Notes under the pieces: model-generated
Seen by the model: only the letters and a program-made list of their open reading frames with translations
Told to the model about the DNA's origin: nothing
Database searches by the model: none
Shown: positions 42,302 to 52,705 of the stretch, in pieces
How positions within the stretch are numbered: the first letter of the stretch is position 1
Layout: every line of letters starts with the position of its first letter
Origin: an uncultured Barnesiella sp.
GTDB taxonomy: Bacteria > Bacteroidota > Bacteroidia > Bacteroidales > Barnesiellaceae
Reading direction: 5' to 3'
Assembly (NCBI GenBank): GCA_902471075.1
Contig: CABRIW010000008.1
Location: 54,225 to 118,224 of the forward strand
Length of the DNA: 64,000 bases
Position numbers and translations under genes: made by a program

Positions 42302-43063
42302 TTACCGGCTCTCGACCACCAGTCCATCATAGGCAAAGTGGACATGAGGCGGCAGCTCCTTTTCGACGTCGGCCGTGAGCCCCATGTGGTGACTCATGTG
42401 CACCAGATAGGCTTCGCGCGGCTGTACCCGCTCGATTACCCGCAACGCCTCGGCCAAGGTCTGATGCGAGAGATGCGGATGTTTGCGCAGCGCATTGATG
42501 ACCAGCACATCGACCTGCTTCATCTTTTCGTATTCCGTCTCGGGAATCGTGAGGGCATCGGTAATGTAGACCAGGTCGCCTATACGGTAGCCCAAAATAG
42601 GCAGTTTGTAGTGCATCACCCGTATGGGGGTAATCTCGATACCCTCGACCGGGAAAGGCTCAATACCTATCTCCTGCAACATGATGTTGGGCACCCCGGG
42701 ATAGAGGTGGTCGCCGAAACAGTAGGGCAACCGAGTGCGAATGCCCTCGGCTACCGGGTGCTCCAGATAGATAGGCAACGTGTGCGAACTGCCGAAAGGC
42801 CGCAGGTCGTCGATACCGCCCGTATGGTCGTAGTGAATATGCGTGATGAGTACCGCATCGATTCGGCCCAGATGTGCACGAAGCATCTGCTGCCTGAAGT
42901 CGGGGCCGCAGTCGATGAGTATGTTTTTACCGTTCACCGTGACAACGGCCGAAGTCCTCAGCCGGTTGTCGTGTGGGTCTTTCGACGTACAAACCGGACA
43001 AGTGCAACCGATTTGCGGTATCCCGGTCGATGTGCCCGTCCCCAAAAACGTGATCTGCATCAT
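42302..43063 (-). CDS. MBL-fold metallo-hydrolase (PhnP/GPD-like phosphodiesterase type)
   Basis: 253 aa. HxHxDH motif ITHIHYDHTGG. Confidence 0.82.
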   Translation of the reverse strand: MMQITFLGTGTSTGIPQIGCTCPVCTSKDPHDNRLRTSAVVTVNGKNILIDCGPDFRQQMLRAHLGRIDAVLITHIHYDHTGGIDDLRPFGSSHTLPIYLEHPVAEGIRTRLPYCFGDHLYPGVPNIMLQEIGIEPFPVEGIEITPIRVMHYKLPILGYRIGDLVYITDALTIPETEYEKMKQVDVLVINALRKHPHLSHQTLAEALRVIERVQPREAYLVHMSHHMGLTADVEKELPPHVHFAYDGLVVESR

Positions 43064-43069
43064 ATCTAT

Positions 43070-44086
43070 TTATTCAATATAATTCACTTCGGGATTGATG
43101 GTAATGCCATAGGTCTCCTGAACCGACCGTTTTATTTTCTCGGCCAGTCTCACCACGTCGTCCGGGCGGGCATTGTGTTTGTTGATGAGCACCAGACACT
43201 GCTTTTCATACACGGCAGCGCCCCCCTCCTCCTTGCCTTTCCAGCCGCAACGGTCGATGAGCCAGCCGGCGGGTACCTTCACATGCGCCTCGTCTACGAC
43301 ATAGTGCGGCATATCGGGGAATCGGACTTTCAGCTGTTCGTACTGCTCGACCGGAATGACCGGGTTCATAAAGAAACTGCCGGCACTACCGTATTCGTCG
43401 GGCTCGGGCAACTTGGAGCGGCGAATGTCGATTACCGCCCGGCGTACATCGGCGATGGTGATGTGGTCGCCGGACAGCGAATTGCGCAGATTGCCGTAAT
43501 CGAGATGCAACTGCGGATGCTTCTGCAACCGGTAGGTCACCGCCGTAACGATATATTTCCCCTTCAAGTCATGTTTGAAGATGCTGCTGCGGTAGCCATA
43601 CTCGCACTCGGCATTCTGGAATACCCGAGGCTGCCCGGTAGCGATTTCGAGGGTTTCGACCTCGGCGATAATATCCTTTACCTCCACGCCATAGGCCCCG
43701 ATGTTCTGCACGGCACTGGCCCCTACCTCGCCCGGGATATACGACAGATTCTCGGCTCCGCCCCACCCTTGGGCTACACAACGGGCCACGAAGTCGTCCC
43801 ACACGACACCTGCACCCACCTTGACGAGCACCTCCGAGTCGGTCTCGCTCAACAGGTCTACCGTACGGATGGCCGAGTGCAACAGCACCCCGTTGTAGTG
43901 TTCGTGAACAAACAGCAGATTGCTCCCCCCGCCCATCGGCAGGAAGGGATGATGCTTCAACAAGTCGGAGTGCAGCAGCGAAACCAGGTCGTCTACCTGG
44001 TCATACTCGACAAACCAACGGGCATATACCGGCATACGGAAGGTATGCAGGGCCTGTATAAAATAGTTTTCTTCGATTCTTATCAT
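43070..44086 (-). CDS. murB: UDP-N-acetylenolpyruvoylglucosamine reductase
   Basis: 338 aa. FAD-binding domain GGGSNLLF and the MurB C-terminal domain. Confidence 0.94.
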   Translation of the reverse strand: MIRIEENYFIQALHTFRMPVYARWFVEYDQVDDLVSLLHSDLLKHHPFLPMGGGSNLLFVHEHYNGVLLHSAIRTVDLLSETDSEVLVKVGAGVVWDDFVARCVAQGWGGAENLSYIPGEVGASAVQNIGAYGVEVKDIIAEVETLEIATGQPRVFQNAECEYGYRSSIFKHDLKGKYIVTAVTYRLQKHPQLHLDYGNLRNSLSGDHITIADVRRAVIDIRRSKLPEPDEYGSAGSFFMNPVIPVEQYEQLKVRFPDMPHYVVDEAHVKVPAGWLIDRCGWKGKEEGGAAVYEKQCLVLINKHNARPDDVVRLAEKIKRSVQETYGITINPEVNYIE

Positions 44087-44087
44087 A

Positions 44088-45029
44088 CTATAATCTATAT
44101 TCGGTCAGCAAGCCATCGACAAAAAAGAGATAGGCTCCCGAGTTATATATCCATTGTTCTCTCAATCCGCTGTAAGTGGGTATCTTCTTCACCTCGTTGG
44201 GATTGCCCAACGACAGCTTGCACTCGGCCTTGGTCATGCCGGCCTTTACCCGGCTCAAGGTGATTTGTTCCCAAGCCTCGTCCTGTATCTCCTTGTATTG
44301 CAACCGGGGATTCTCGAAGGAGAAGAGTCGGTCGAACGTAATGTATTGCGAGCGTGCCGAAGTCAACAGCGACATGAACACCCCGGCCTCGTTGCCCTTG
44401 TCGTCCTTGAACCACACCTCGACCGGCAGCACGTTGTTACCCGGACGGATGTCGAGCACCTCGACCGGTACCAGCTTGCGGCCGTCAATCGCATCGCCGT
44501 TACGGTCGTACCACATGGGCGTCTTGATATAGAGGGTGCGCCCCTTCAACAGCGAACGGGCCATGTTCAGGTCGTCGAGGTCGATGAAGGGCGGTATCAG
44601 CGGCGTGTATTTCATTTGGGCGATTTCGGCCCGAGTCTTGTCGGTATCGTAACGGAACCTGTACCCTTCGCACTCAAACAGGAGCACCACCTTCTTCTCC
44701 CCACCGAAGGGACTCTCTTCGACACTCCCCGTGTAGGTAAAGATCTTGCCTTTCAGCGATACGCTGTCGGGGAAGGTAGGGCGTTCGGCCTGAAAGACAA
44801 ACGAAAGTTTTTCGTCGGTATAGTAAAACGTCTTGCCCTCACGCCACGAGTCGCACCCCTGCGGTACGAAATACGATTCGATAAAGGCATCTTCGGGGCT
44901 CTGTTTATCGGCTTTGCTCTCTTCGGGCAAAGTGATCTTACCGGTACTCTCGACCCCCGTGAAGCACGAAGTCATCGACAGCAGACTTAATATCGTCAAT
45001 ATCGTTATATAAATCAGATTTATCCTCAT
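44088..45029 (-). CDS. Hypothetical lipoprotein
   Basis: 313 aa with signal peptide and lipobox (LSMTSC). No recognisable domain. Adjoins murB with a 1 bp gap. Confidence 0.65.
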   Translation of the reverse strand: MRINLIYITILTILSLLSMTSCFTGVESTGKITLPEESKADKQSPEDAFIESYFVPQGCDSWREGKTFYYTDEKLSFVFQAERPTFPDSVSLKGKIFTYTGSVEESPFGGEKKVVLLFECEGYRFRYDTDKTRAEIAQMKYTPLIPPFIDLDDLNMARSLLKGRTLYIKTPMWYDRNGDAIDGRKLVPVEVLDIRPGNNVLPVEVWFKDDKGNEAGVFMSLLTSARSQYITFDRLFSFENPRLQYKEIQDEAWEQITLSRVKAGMTKAECKLSLGNPNEVKKIPTYSGLREQWIYNSGAYLFFVDGLLTEYRL

Positions 45030-45622
45030 ATTTCATTTCTCTTATTCCACCTGAAGATGGCACACAGCACCACCTGACGAGAGATACATCAGATTTCATG
45101 GCCGTGCATGAAGCAAAGATACAAAGAAACTGCCAATGTAAAGAAGAAAGATTTATGAAATTCTCTCTTCACAACCGATAAACGAAGATTATTTTTTGTA
45201 CTTTTGCCCACGTATGAAAACCGTCACACCCGTTTTGATTCGCCGCGTGCGATTCCGCCGCTGGAATCGCCACAGCTATTCGACCTTTTGTAGCATAGGC
45301 CGCTGCATCAACATCGGGTGTGTGCGCAAGGAGATAGCCGACCAGTCGCTCAGGAAGGGACTCGTCTCGCTCAATCCTTGCAACCGAAAAGATACCGTAT
45401 GGACCGAATACGATGGGGCCCTGCCCGACGACTCTTCGCCCGAGTTGCCCGGTCTGCAACCCCAGGCCATCGAGACCATGGCTCTTCGTTCGGTATCACC
45501 CCTGGCGGTCGATTCCCCTGCCCGGTCTGTATCTATTTCTATGGTATATAATCTGTTCCGACATAACGGTCCGACGACCGCCTTATGCCGGATTTTCTAT
45601 TTTTGTCACCCCTTAAAATCGT

Positions 45623-46900
45623 ATGCTTATGGATAATTTTGATGCCGAACATTTGTGGCACCCCTATACCTCGACCATCAATCCGCTGCCTTGCTATCCG
45701 GTAAAACGGGCCGAGGGGGTTTATATCGAACTCGAGACCGGCGAACGGCTCATCGACGGCATGTCGTCGTGGTGGGCTGCCGTCCACGGGTATAACCACC
45801 CGGTGTTGAACCGGGCGGCCGAAGAGCAACTCAAGGCCATGTCGCACGTGATGTTCGGCGGACTTACCCACCGCCCGGCTATCGAGCTGGGCAAACTGCT
45901 TCTGCAGATTGTTCCCCCCACCATGCAACATATATTCTACTGCGACTCGGGGTCGGTATCGGTCGAAGTAGCATTGAAGATGGCCGTACAATACTGGTAC
46001 TCGCGCGGCGAATCGAAAAAGTGCAACTTCATCACCATACGGTCAGGATACCACGGCGACACGTGGAACGCCATGTCGGTGTGCGACCCGGTGACGGGCA
46101 TGCACTCCATCTTTGGCAGCGCGCTGCCGGTGCGCTACTTCGTGCCCTCTCCCTCCTGCCGATACGACGGTGAGTGGGACCCCACCTGCATCGAACCCCT
46201 CAAAGAGGCTATCGAAGCCCATCACGACGAACTGGCGGCCCTTATCCTCGAACCCATCGTGCAAGGAGCCGGCGGCATGTGGTTCTATCACCCCCAATAC
46301 CTGCGCGAGGCACGTGCCCTGTGCGACCGCTACGGTTTGCTGCTCATCTTCGACGAAATTGCCACCGGATTCGGCCGCACCGGCAAACTCTTTGCCTGGG
46401 AACATGCCGGCGTTACCCCCGACATCATGTGCATAGGCAAGGCTCTCACCGGCGGCTACCTGACCATGGCGGCGACCCTCACCACACACGAGGTGGCCGA
46501 CACCATATCGCGCGGCACACCGGGCGTATTCATGCACGGCCCCACCTTCATGGGCAACCCGCTGGCCTGTGCCATTGCCCGAGCTTCGGTCTCGCTGCTG
46601 CTCTCGTCGGGCTGGAAGGAGAAAGTGGCTGCCATCGAGGCCCAGTTGAAACGCGAACTGGCCCCTGCCGCCGCACTGCCCCAGGTGGCCGATGTGCGCG
46701 TGCTGGGAGCCATCGGTGTCATCGAGACGAAGAAACCGGTCGACATGGCCTCCATACAACGGCAGTTTGTCGAGCATCGGGTGTGGGTACGACCTTTCGG
46801 CAAGCTGGTCTACATCATGCCGCCGTTTATCATCACCAGCGAACAACTCACCTTCCTCACCTCGGCTCTGGTCGATGTGGTTAAAAACCTGGAGCCATGA
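45623..46900 (+). CDS. bioA: Adenosylmethionine-8-amino-7-oxononanoate aminotransferase
   Basis: 425 aa. Class III aminotransferase with the PLP-lysine region [16 protein letters not shown]. Confidence 0.94.
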   Translation: MLMDNFDAEHLWHPYTSTINPLPCYPVKRAEGVYIELETGERLIDGMSSWWAAVHGYNHPVLNRAAEEQLKAMSHVMFGGLTHRPAIELGKLLLQIVPPTMQHIFYCDSGSVSVEVALKMAVQYWYSRGESKKCNFITIRSGYHGDTWNAMSVCDPVTGMHSIFGSALPVRYFVPSPSCRYDGEWDPTCIEPLKEAIEAHHDELAALILEPIVQGAGGMWFYHPQYLREARALCDRYGLLLIFDEIATGFGRTGKLFAWEHAGVTPDIMCIGKALTGGYLTMAATLTTHEVADTISRGTPGVFMHGPTFMGNPLACAIARASVSLLLSSGWKEKVAAIEAQLKRELAPAAALPQVADVRVLGAIGVIETKKPVDMASIQRQFVEHRVWVRPFGKLVYIMPPFIITSEQLTFLTSALVDVVKNLEP

Positions 46901-48066
46901 TGTCCGATAGCTACGCCTCTCAACTCGATGCGCTGGCCCGGAAAGGAAACTTGCGCAAACTGCCCGAGATGGAGCCGCAAGGGCTCTATCTGGTGCGCGA
47001 CGGACGGGAGATGCTGAACCTCTCGTCGAACGACTACCTGGGATTGGCCGACAACGTGGCGCTGAAGAGCGAGTTTCTGAAAACGCTCGACCCGCGGGAG
47101 TGCCGCTTCTCCTCCACTTCGTCGCGCCTGCTCACGGGCAACTATCCCGTATACACCCGGCTCGAGGAGCGGCTGGCCCAACTCTACGGAGCCGAGAGTG
47201 CCCTCGTATTCAACAACGGCTACCACGCCAACAGCGGCATCCTGCCGGCCGTGACCGACAGCCGGTCGCTCATCCTGGCCGACAAGCTGGTCCATGCGAG
47301 TATCGTCGATGGCATCGGACTCTCCAAAGCCCGCTGCATACGCTACCGCCACAACAACTACGAACAGCTGGAGCGGCTGGTGGCCGAGAATACCGAGGAG
47401 TACGACCGAATATTTGTCGTTACCGAAAGCATCTTCAGCATGGACGGCGACGAGAGCGACCTGCCCCGGCTCGTGGCGTTGAAACGTCGCTACCCCAACC
47501 TCTGTCTCTACCTTGACGAGGCGCATGCCTTCGGGGTGCGCGGCCCGCACGGACTGGGTTGTGCCGAAGAGTACGGGGTCATCGGCGACATCGACTTTCT
47601 GGTAGGTACATTCGGCAAGGCCGCCGCCTCGGTAGGAGCCTTTGTCATCTGCTCCGAAGAGATGAAGCAGTACCTGGTCAACACCATGCGTACTCTCATT
47701 TTCACCACAGCACTCCCCCCGATCAACCTCGAGTGGACCCTCTTTATTGTCAACAGGATTTGCGACATGACGGAGCGTCGGGAGCACCTGGCCCGGATAA
47801 GCCGCCGCGTGCGCGAGGTACTCAACCCGTTGAATGGCGGCATTCTCAGCAGCAGCCACATCATACCCTATGTGCTTGGCGAATCGGAACGGGCCGTCGA
47901 CGTGGCCCTGCGACTGCAACGCAAGGGGTTCTACCTGCTGCCGGTACGTCCGCCCACGGTCCCCGCGGGCACGTCGCGCCTGCGCATTTCACTCACCGCC
48001 GAGTGTAGCGAAGCCGACATCGAGCGGCTTGTCTCGGCCATACAACAGATACAATCGAGCCTATGA
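46897..48066 (+). CDS. bioF: 8-amino-7-oxononanoate synthase
   Basis: 389 aa. Class II aminotransferase family with the PLP-lysine GTFGKA. Overlaps bioA by 4 nt. Confidence 0.93.
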   Translation: MMSDSYASQLDALARKGNLRKLPEMEPQGLYLVRDGREMLNLSSNDYLGLADNVALKSEFLKTLDPRECRFSSTSSRLLTGNYPVYTRLEERLAQLYGAESALVFNNGYHANSGILPAVTDSRSLILADKLVHASIVDGIGLSKARCIRYRHNNYEQLERLVAENTEEYDRIFVVTESIFSMDGDESDLPRLVALKRRYPNLCLYLDEAHAFGVRGPHGLGCAEEYGVIGDIDFLVGTFGKAAASVGAFVICSEEMKQYLVNTMRTLIFTTALPPINLEWTLFIVNRICDMTERREHLARISRRVREVLNPLNGGILSSSHIIPYVLGESERAVDVALRLQRKGFYLLPVRPPTVPAGTSRLRISLTAECSEADIERLVSAIQQIQSSL

Positions 48067-49448
48067 TACAGCATTTCATTTCACGCCGAGGCAGCGACGA
48101 CCTGATTCTCTTCTTTGCCGGCTGGGGCATGGATACCCGCCCCTTTGCCGAGCTCGAACATATCGGGTGCGACTGCTGCATCTGCTACGACTATACGACG
48201 CTCGACTTCGACACGAGCCTGCTCGCCGATTACAAGAGTATCGAGCTTTATGCCTGGTCGTTCGGGGTATGGGCCGCCTCGGTGGTCTTGCCCGATACGG
48301 ACCTGCCCATCCGGCATGCGACGGCCATCAACGGCACCCCCTGCGGCATCGACCCGGAGCGGGGCATATCGCCCGAGATATTCCAGGCTACCCTCGACCA
48401 CCTCGATGCCGCAAGCCTGAACAAGTTTTACCGCCGCATGTGCAACGACCGCGACTCCCTGAGCCGCTTCCTCGAGGTGCTCCCCGACCGCAGCATCGAC
48501 AGTCTGCGCAGCGAACTGATGGCTATCAGTAGCGGTATAGCCCGGCATCCGGCCCCCCGATTCCACTGGGACCGGGCCATCGTCGGGACCAAAGACCGTA
48601 TATTCCCGCCCGAGAACCAGTTGAAGTCCTGGAAGGAAAACACCCCGGTCACAACTGTCGAAGCGGCTCACTACCTGCCATTCCGCCCTATCGTGCTCGA
48701 ACACCGATTCGACAAGGCGGTTATCCGGAGCCGGTTCGAAAGTGCCGCCTCTACCTACGAGCAGGAGGGACTTATCCAAGATTGGATAGCCCGCCGCTTG
48801 AACGAGATGATACCCGACCGCCCGGCCGACGAATGCCGTCGCATTCTGGAAATCGGGTGCGGTACCGGCAAACTGACCCGTCTGCTGGTCGAGCGTTTCC
48901 CGCAGGCCCGGTTCACCTTGAACGACCTCTCGCCCGAGATGAAACGCCATGTCGAAGGGCTCCCCTTCGAACAGCTCGATTTCGTAGCCGGCGATGCCGA
49001 GCGAATCGACTTCGCAGGACCATACGACCTGATAGTATCGGCCTCGACCATCCAATGGTTTACCGATTTGGAGAGCTTCCTGAAACGCATTTCGGTCCGT
49101 CTCTCCGACTCGGGAACGATTGCTTTCAGCTCGTTTGTCGCCGGCAACTTGCCCGAGATTCGCACCCTGGCCTCCGTCGAGATGCCCTATTGGGAATACG
49201 ACGACCTGCAACGGCTCTTCGGTCGCTACTTCCAACTCGACACCTTCGAACGCGAGAGTTACACGCTGCGTTTCGATACTCCTGTCGACCTGCTGCGCCA
49301 CCTGCGCAATACCGGTGTAACGGGGACTCCGGGCAACCGACACAAAGGATTCAACTTTATCAAACGCTACCGCGAGACATTCGGCGAAGCTCACTCGTGC
49401 ACGCTCACCTATTGTCCCGTCTATATCATTGCACACAAAAAGAGATAA
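48063..49448 (+). CDS. bioC: BioG (DUF452 pimeloyl-ACP methyl ester esterase) fused to BioC (malonyl-ACP O-methyltransferase)
   Basis: 461 aa. The N-terminal roughly 210 aa resemble the DUF452/BioG hydrolase (GWGMD, SFG nucleophile elbow). The C-terminal half is a class I SAM methyltransferase (ILEIGCGTGKLT). This fusion is known in Bacteroides. Confidence 0.82.
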   Translation: MIQHFISRRGSDDLILFFAGWGMDTRPFAELEHIGCDCCICYDYTTLDFDTSLLADYKSIELYAWSFGVWAASVVLPDTDLPIRHATAINGTPCGIDPERGISPEIFQATLDHLDAASLNKFYRRMCNDRDSLSRFLEVLPDRSIDSLRSELMAISSGIARHPAPRFHWDRAIVGTKDRIFPPENQLKSWKENTPVTTVEAAHYLPFRPIVLEHRFDKAVIRSRFESAASTYEQEGLIQDWIARRLNEMIPDRPADECRRILEIGCGTGKLTRLLVERFPQARFTLNDLSPEMKRHVEGLPFEQLDFVAGDAERIDFAGPYDLIVSASTIQWFTDLESFLKRISVRLSDSGTIAFSSFVAGNLPEIRTLASVEMPYWEYDDLQRLFGRYFQLDTFERESYTLRFDTPVDLLRHLRNTGVTGTPGNRHKGFNFIKRYRETFGEAHSCTLTYCPVYIIAHKKR

Positions 49449-49450
49449 CT

Positions 49451-50098
49451 ATGAAAGGAACTTTTTTCATTACCGGCATCGATACCAACATCGGTAAAAG
49501 CTATGCCACCGGCTGGCTGGCCCGCGAATGGAACCGCCAGGGCATCAAGACCATAACCCAAAAGATGATTCAGACCGGCAACGTGGGCCACTCCGAAGAC
49601 ATAGACCTGCACCGCGAAATCATGGGCATACCCATGACCGAGGAGGATAGGCAGCACATCACCTTCCCCATCGTCTACTCCTACCCGGCCTCACCGCATC
49701 TGGCTGCCGAGATAGACCACCAGACAATCCCCATCGACCGGATTGGCGAGTCGACCCGCATCCTGCGCGACCGCTACGACGTGGTTCTGCTCGAGGGTGC
49801 CGGCGGTCTCATGGTCCCCATTACCCGCGACTACCTCACCATCGACTATGTGGCCGACCAACATCTGCCGGTTATTCTGGTCACGTCGGGCAGGCTGGGC
49901 AGCATCAACCACACGTTGCTCTCTATCGAGGCTCTGGAGAAGCGAGCGATTCCCCTCTACGGACTCGTATACAATACCTACCCCAAAGCCGACGAACTGA
50001 TCGATGCCGACACCGAGGCGTACCTCCGGGACTATCTGGAGAAACACCACCCCGAGAGCCGGTTCTGGGTATTGCCGCAGATTGATCTGACCCGCTAA
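49451..50098 (+). CDS. bioD: Dethiobiotin synthetase
   Basis: Sits inside the longer track ORF 48782..50098. Real start is MKGTFFITGIDTNIGKSY (ATG at 49451), the BioD P-loop. Confidence 0.92.
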   Translation: MKGTFFITGIDTNIGKSYATGWLAREWNRQGIKTITQKMIQTGNVGHSEDIDLHREIMGIPMTEEDRQHITFPIVYSYPASPHLAAEIDHQTIPIDRIGESTRILRDRYDVVLLEGAGGLMVPITRDYLTIDYVADQHLPVILVTSGRLGSINHTLLSIEALEKRAIPLYGLVYNTYPKADELIDADTEAYLRDYLEKHHPESRFWVLPQIDLTR

Positions 50099-50189
50099 AT
50101 TCGACAAAAAGGTAACGGGCTATACATTTTGCAGGACAAAAAGAGAGGATTTTTTAAGATTTCTTGTTACCTTTGAAAAAGATAAGAGC

Positions 50190-50262
50190 CGGTGCGGCAC
50201 AGTCCAATCTGAAAACACAGTTTTCCTTTGCCTCTGCGCTCACCTTTCCTTATCTTTAACAC
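50190..50262 (+). promoter_or_regulatory. Second copy of the conserved promoter cassette (upstream of the NlpC/P60-epimerase operon)
   Basis: ggtgcggcacag...gaaaacacagttttccTTTGcctctgcgctcacctttccTTATCTTTa is about 80 percent identical to 9331-9405. The AAAAC-NNN-GTTTT core is present in the opposite orientation. Confidence 0.5.
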
Positions 50263-50301
50263 ACAATTTGTATCGTGCTAATTACCTTGAAAATCGACTT
50301 T

Positions 50302-51474
50302 ATGCTCAGAAACCTATTCAAAACAATCTGTTGTGTGCTGCTCATTCTCCCCGCTATGGCACTGCAAGCTCAAAACGATTTTGTAAAAACAGCTATCGAC
50401 GCGACGAAACGGCAATATGCCCCCGACTCGCGTACCGCCATCTTTGCCGTAGAAGGCGAACTGCTGAACGACTCGCTGTGTGTACTGAAAGGCCGCTGCA
50501 ACAACCGGCAGGCTGTCGATGCCCTGCTGCACCGGCTCGACTCGGCAGGCATCACTTGTGTTGACGGCATCAAGATGCTGCCCGATAAGAATCTGGGGGC
50601 GCTCACCCGCGGACTTGTCACCGTGTGCTGTGCCAGCCTGAGAGGTGGCCCCCGGCATGCGGCCGAGATGATGACCCAGGCCATCATGGGCACTCCGCTG
50701 CTTGTTCTGGAGCGCGACAAGGCCTGGCTTCTGGTGCAGACTCCCGACCACTACATCAGTTGGGTACCGGCCAACTCGGTAACCCTGCAGGACGAAACCG
50801 GCTGGAAGGCCTGGCGAAAGTCTGACCGATATGTCTACACCGACTACCAGGGATTTGTATATGATGCACCCGACCGCAACGCCGGCATCGTGTCGGACAT
50901 CGTGGCCGGTGCCATTCTGCAAGCCGACGGAAAAGCCCGCAAGGGATTCGTTCCCGTTCGCTTCCCCGACGGCCGCAAGGGTTTCCTGAAGAGCGACGAG
51001 TGCTGCGACCTGGCCCGGTGGGCTGCACGCCCCCTCGACATGGAGGTAGTGGTGCGTACGGCCCGGCAGATGATGGGCTCGACCTATCTCTGGGGCGGGA
51101 CTTCGGTCAAAGGGGCCGACTGCTCGGGATTCGTCAAGACCGCCTACTTCTGCAGCGGCGTGATTCTCTCGCGCGACGCTTCGCAACAGGCGCTTACCGG
51201 CGACATCATTCCGACCGACCAATGGCAATCGTGCCAGACGGGCGACCTGCTCTTCTTCGGCGACGAGCGGGGCCGTGTAGACCATGTGGCTCTCTACCTG
51301 AACGACGGCGAATACATCCACTGCTCGGGACAGGTGAAGCTCAACAACCTCGACCCGGCGGCTCCCGATTACCGGGAATCGAATTTCGTGAGCATCAGCC
51401 GTATGAAAACCCAAATAGGAACACCCGGAATTACGGCCGTAAAGGCTCACCCGTGGTATTTCGACCAAAAATAA
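50302..51474 (+). CDS. NlpC/P60 (C40) peptidase with N-terminal SH3b-like domains (YkfC-like gamma-D-glutamyl-L-diamino acid endopeptidase)
   Basis: Start is MLRNLFKTICCVLLILPAMALQA (signal peptide). C-terminal catalytic region DCSGFV...H. YkfC-type architecture. Confidence 0.82.
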   Translation: MLRNLFKTICCVLLILPAMALQAQNDFVKTAIDATKRQYAPDSRTAIFAVEGELLNDSLCVLKGRCNNRQAVDALLHRLDSAGITCVDGIKMLPDKNLGALTRGLVTVCCASLRGGPRHAAEMMTQAIMGTPLLVLERDKAWLLVQTPDHYISWVPANSVTLQDETGWKAWRKSDRYVYTDYQGFVYDAPDRNAGIVSDIVAGAILQADGKARKGFVPVRFPDGRKGFLKSDECCDLARWAARPLDMEVVVRTARQMMGSTYLWGGTSVKGADCSGFVKTAYFCSGVILSRDASQQALTGDIIPTDQWQSCQTGDLLFFGDERGRVDHVALYLNDGEYIHCSGQVKLNNLDPAAPDYRESNFVSISRMKTQIGTPGITAVKAHPWYFDQK

Positions 51475-51482
51475 TCGTGACG

Positions 51483-52613
51483 ATGGACCGACGAAATTTT
51501 TTACTGAAAAGTGCCATGGGCACTCTGGGGTTGAGCTTGGCGCCTACCCTCTTCGGCGGTTGCGGCAGCTCCGCACCCCAAGCGACCGGAAGCGACCGGC
51601 TGAAACTTTCGTTCAAACCTTATGACTTGAAACTGAAGCACGCCTTCAACTTGGCCAAGAACTCGCGTACGCATACCCCCGACGTGCAGGTGCAACTGCG
51701 CTATGGCGACTACATCGGTTACGGCGAGGCCTCCATGCCGCCCTATCTGGGCGAGACGCAAGAGTCGGTATGCCGGTTTCTCGGACAGCTCGATCTGTCG
51801 CAATTTACCGACCCCTTCCGTATCGAAGAGATTCTCGACTATGTCGACTCGGTAGCCCCCGACAACCGGGCGGCCAAGGCCTCGGTCGATATTGCTCTGC
51901 ACGACCTGCTGGGAAAAATCATGGGGCAACCCTGGTATAAAATCTGGGGACTCTCGCCCGAGAAGGCCCCGGCCACCTCGTTTACCATCGGCATCGACAC
52001 CGAAGAGGTGGTGCGGCAGAAACTGAAAGAGGCTGCCCCCTACCGCATCCTCAAGATAAAGATGGGGCTCGACAACGACAAGGAGCTGGTGCGCATCATC
52101 CGCTCCGAGACCGACCGCCCCATCTGCGTCGATGCCAACCAGGGGTGGAGCTCCAAGGAGTATGCCCTCGAGATGGTCGAGTGGCTCAAGGAGCAGAACT
52201 GCCTGTTTGTGGAGCAGCCCATGCCCAAAGAGATGATCGACGAGCAGGCCTGGCTGCACGAGCGTGCCTCGCTGCCCCTCATTGCCGACGAGTTCCTGCA
52301 ACGGCTGCCCGATGTGCGCCGGGCCTACGGCCTCTACGACGGCATCAATATCAAGCTGATGAAGAGCACGGGCATGCACGAAGCCTACCAGATGGCCATA
52401 TTGGCCCGAGCCCTCGACATGAAGGTAATGGTGGGCTGCATGACCGAAACCTCGTGTGCCGTGTCGGCCGCCGCACAACTGTCGCCGATGGTCGACTGGG
52501 CCGACCTCGACGGGAACCTGCTCATATCGAACGACCTCTTCGACGGCATGAAGATTGTCGACGGCATGATTTCGCTCCCCGACCGTCCCGGCATCGGCGT
52601 CGTACCCCTCTAA
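51483..52613 (+). CDS. L-Ala-D/L-Glu (dipeptide) epimerase, enolase superfamily, with Tat/lipoprotein-type signal
   Basis: The track ORF from 51000 overlaps the previous gene in another frame. Real start is MDRRNFLLKSAMGTL...LFGGCGSS (ATG at 51483). Has the MR/MLE-type KxK and metal ligands (D/E/D). Confidence 0.82.
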   Translation: MDRRNFLLKSAMGTLGLSLAPTLFGGCGSSAPQATGSDRLKLSFKPYDLKLKHAFNLAKNSRTHTPDVQVQLRYGDYIGYGEASMPPYLGETQESVCRFLGQLDLSQFTDPFRIEEILDYVDSVAPDNRAAKASVDIALHDLLGKIMGQPWYKIWGLSPEKAPATSFTIGIDTEEVVRQKLKEAAPYRILKIKMGLDNDKELVRIIRSETDRPICVDANQGWSSKEYALEMVEWLKEQNCLFVEQPMPKEMIDEQAWLHERASLPLIADEFLQRLPDVRRAYGLYDGINIKLMKSTGMHEAYQMAILARALDMKVMVGCMTETSCAVSAAAQLSPMVDWADLDGNLLISNDLFDGMKIVDGMISLPDRPGIGVVPL

Positions 52614-52705
52614 GGGGCCACGAACCTATCGAGCTGCACCCTTCCCGATGCAGCTTTTTTCATGCTTTGCTCATTCTGTAAAAACGTATAATTCAAATTT
52701 TTTCC

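Noticed and set aside
42242-44263. 673-aa plus-strand ORF
   Set aside because: Shadow spanning the MBL hydrolase, murB and the lipoprotein, all on the minus strand.
45470-45540. tRNA/tmRNA-like T-loop sequence GGTCGATTCC
   Set aside because: The flanking bases do not form a T-stem or acceptor stem and there is no CCA context. No tmRNA tag-reading frame or RNase P P4 motifs are found on either strand.
51000-51482. 5' extension of the epimerase ORF back to 51000
   Set aside because: It overlaps the NlpC/P60 gene in another frame. The conserved Tat-type start MDRRNFLLK at 51483 follows that gene's stop by 8 bp.
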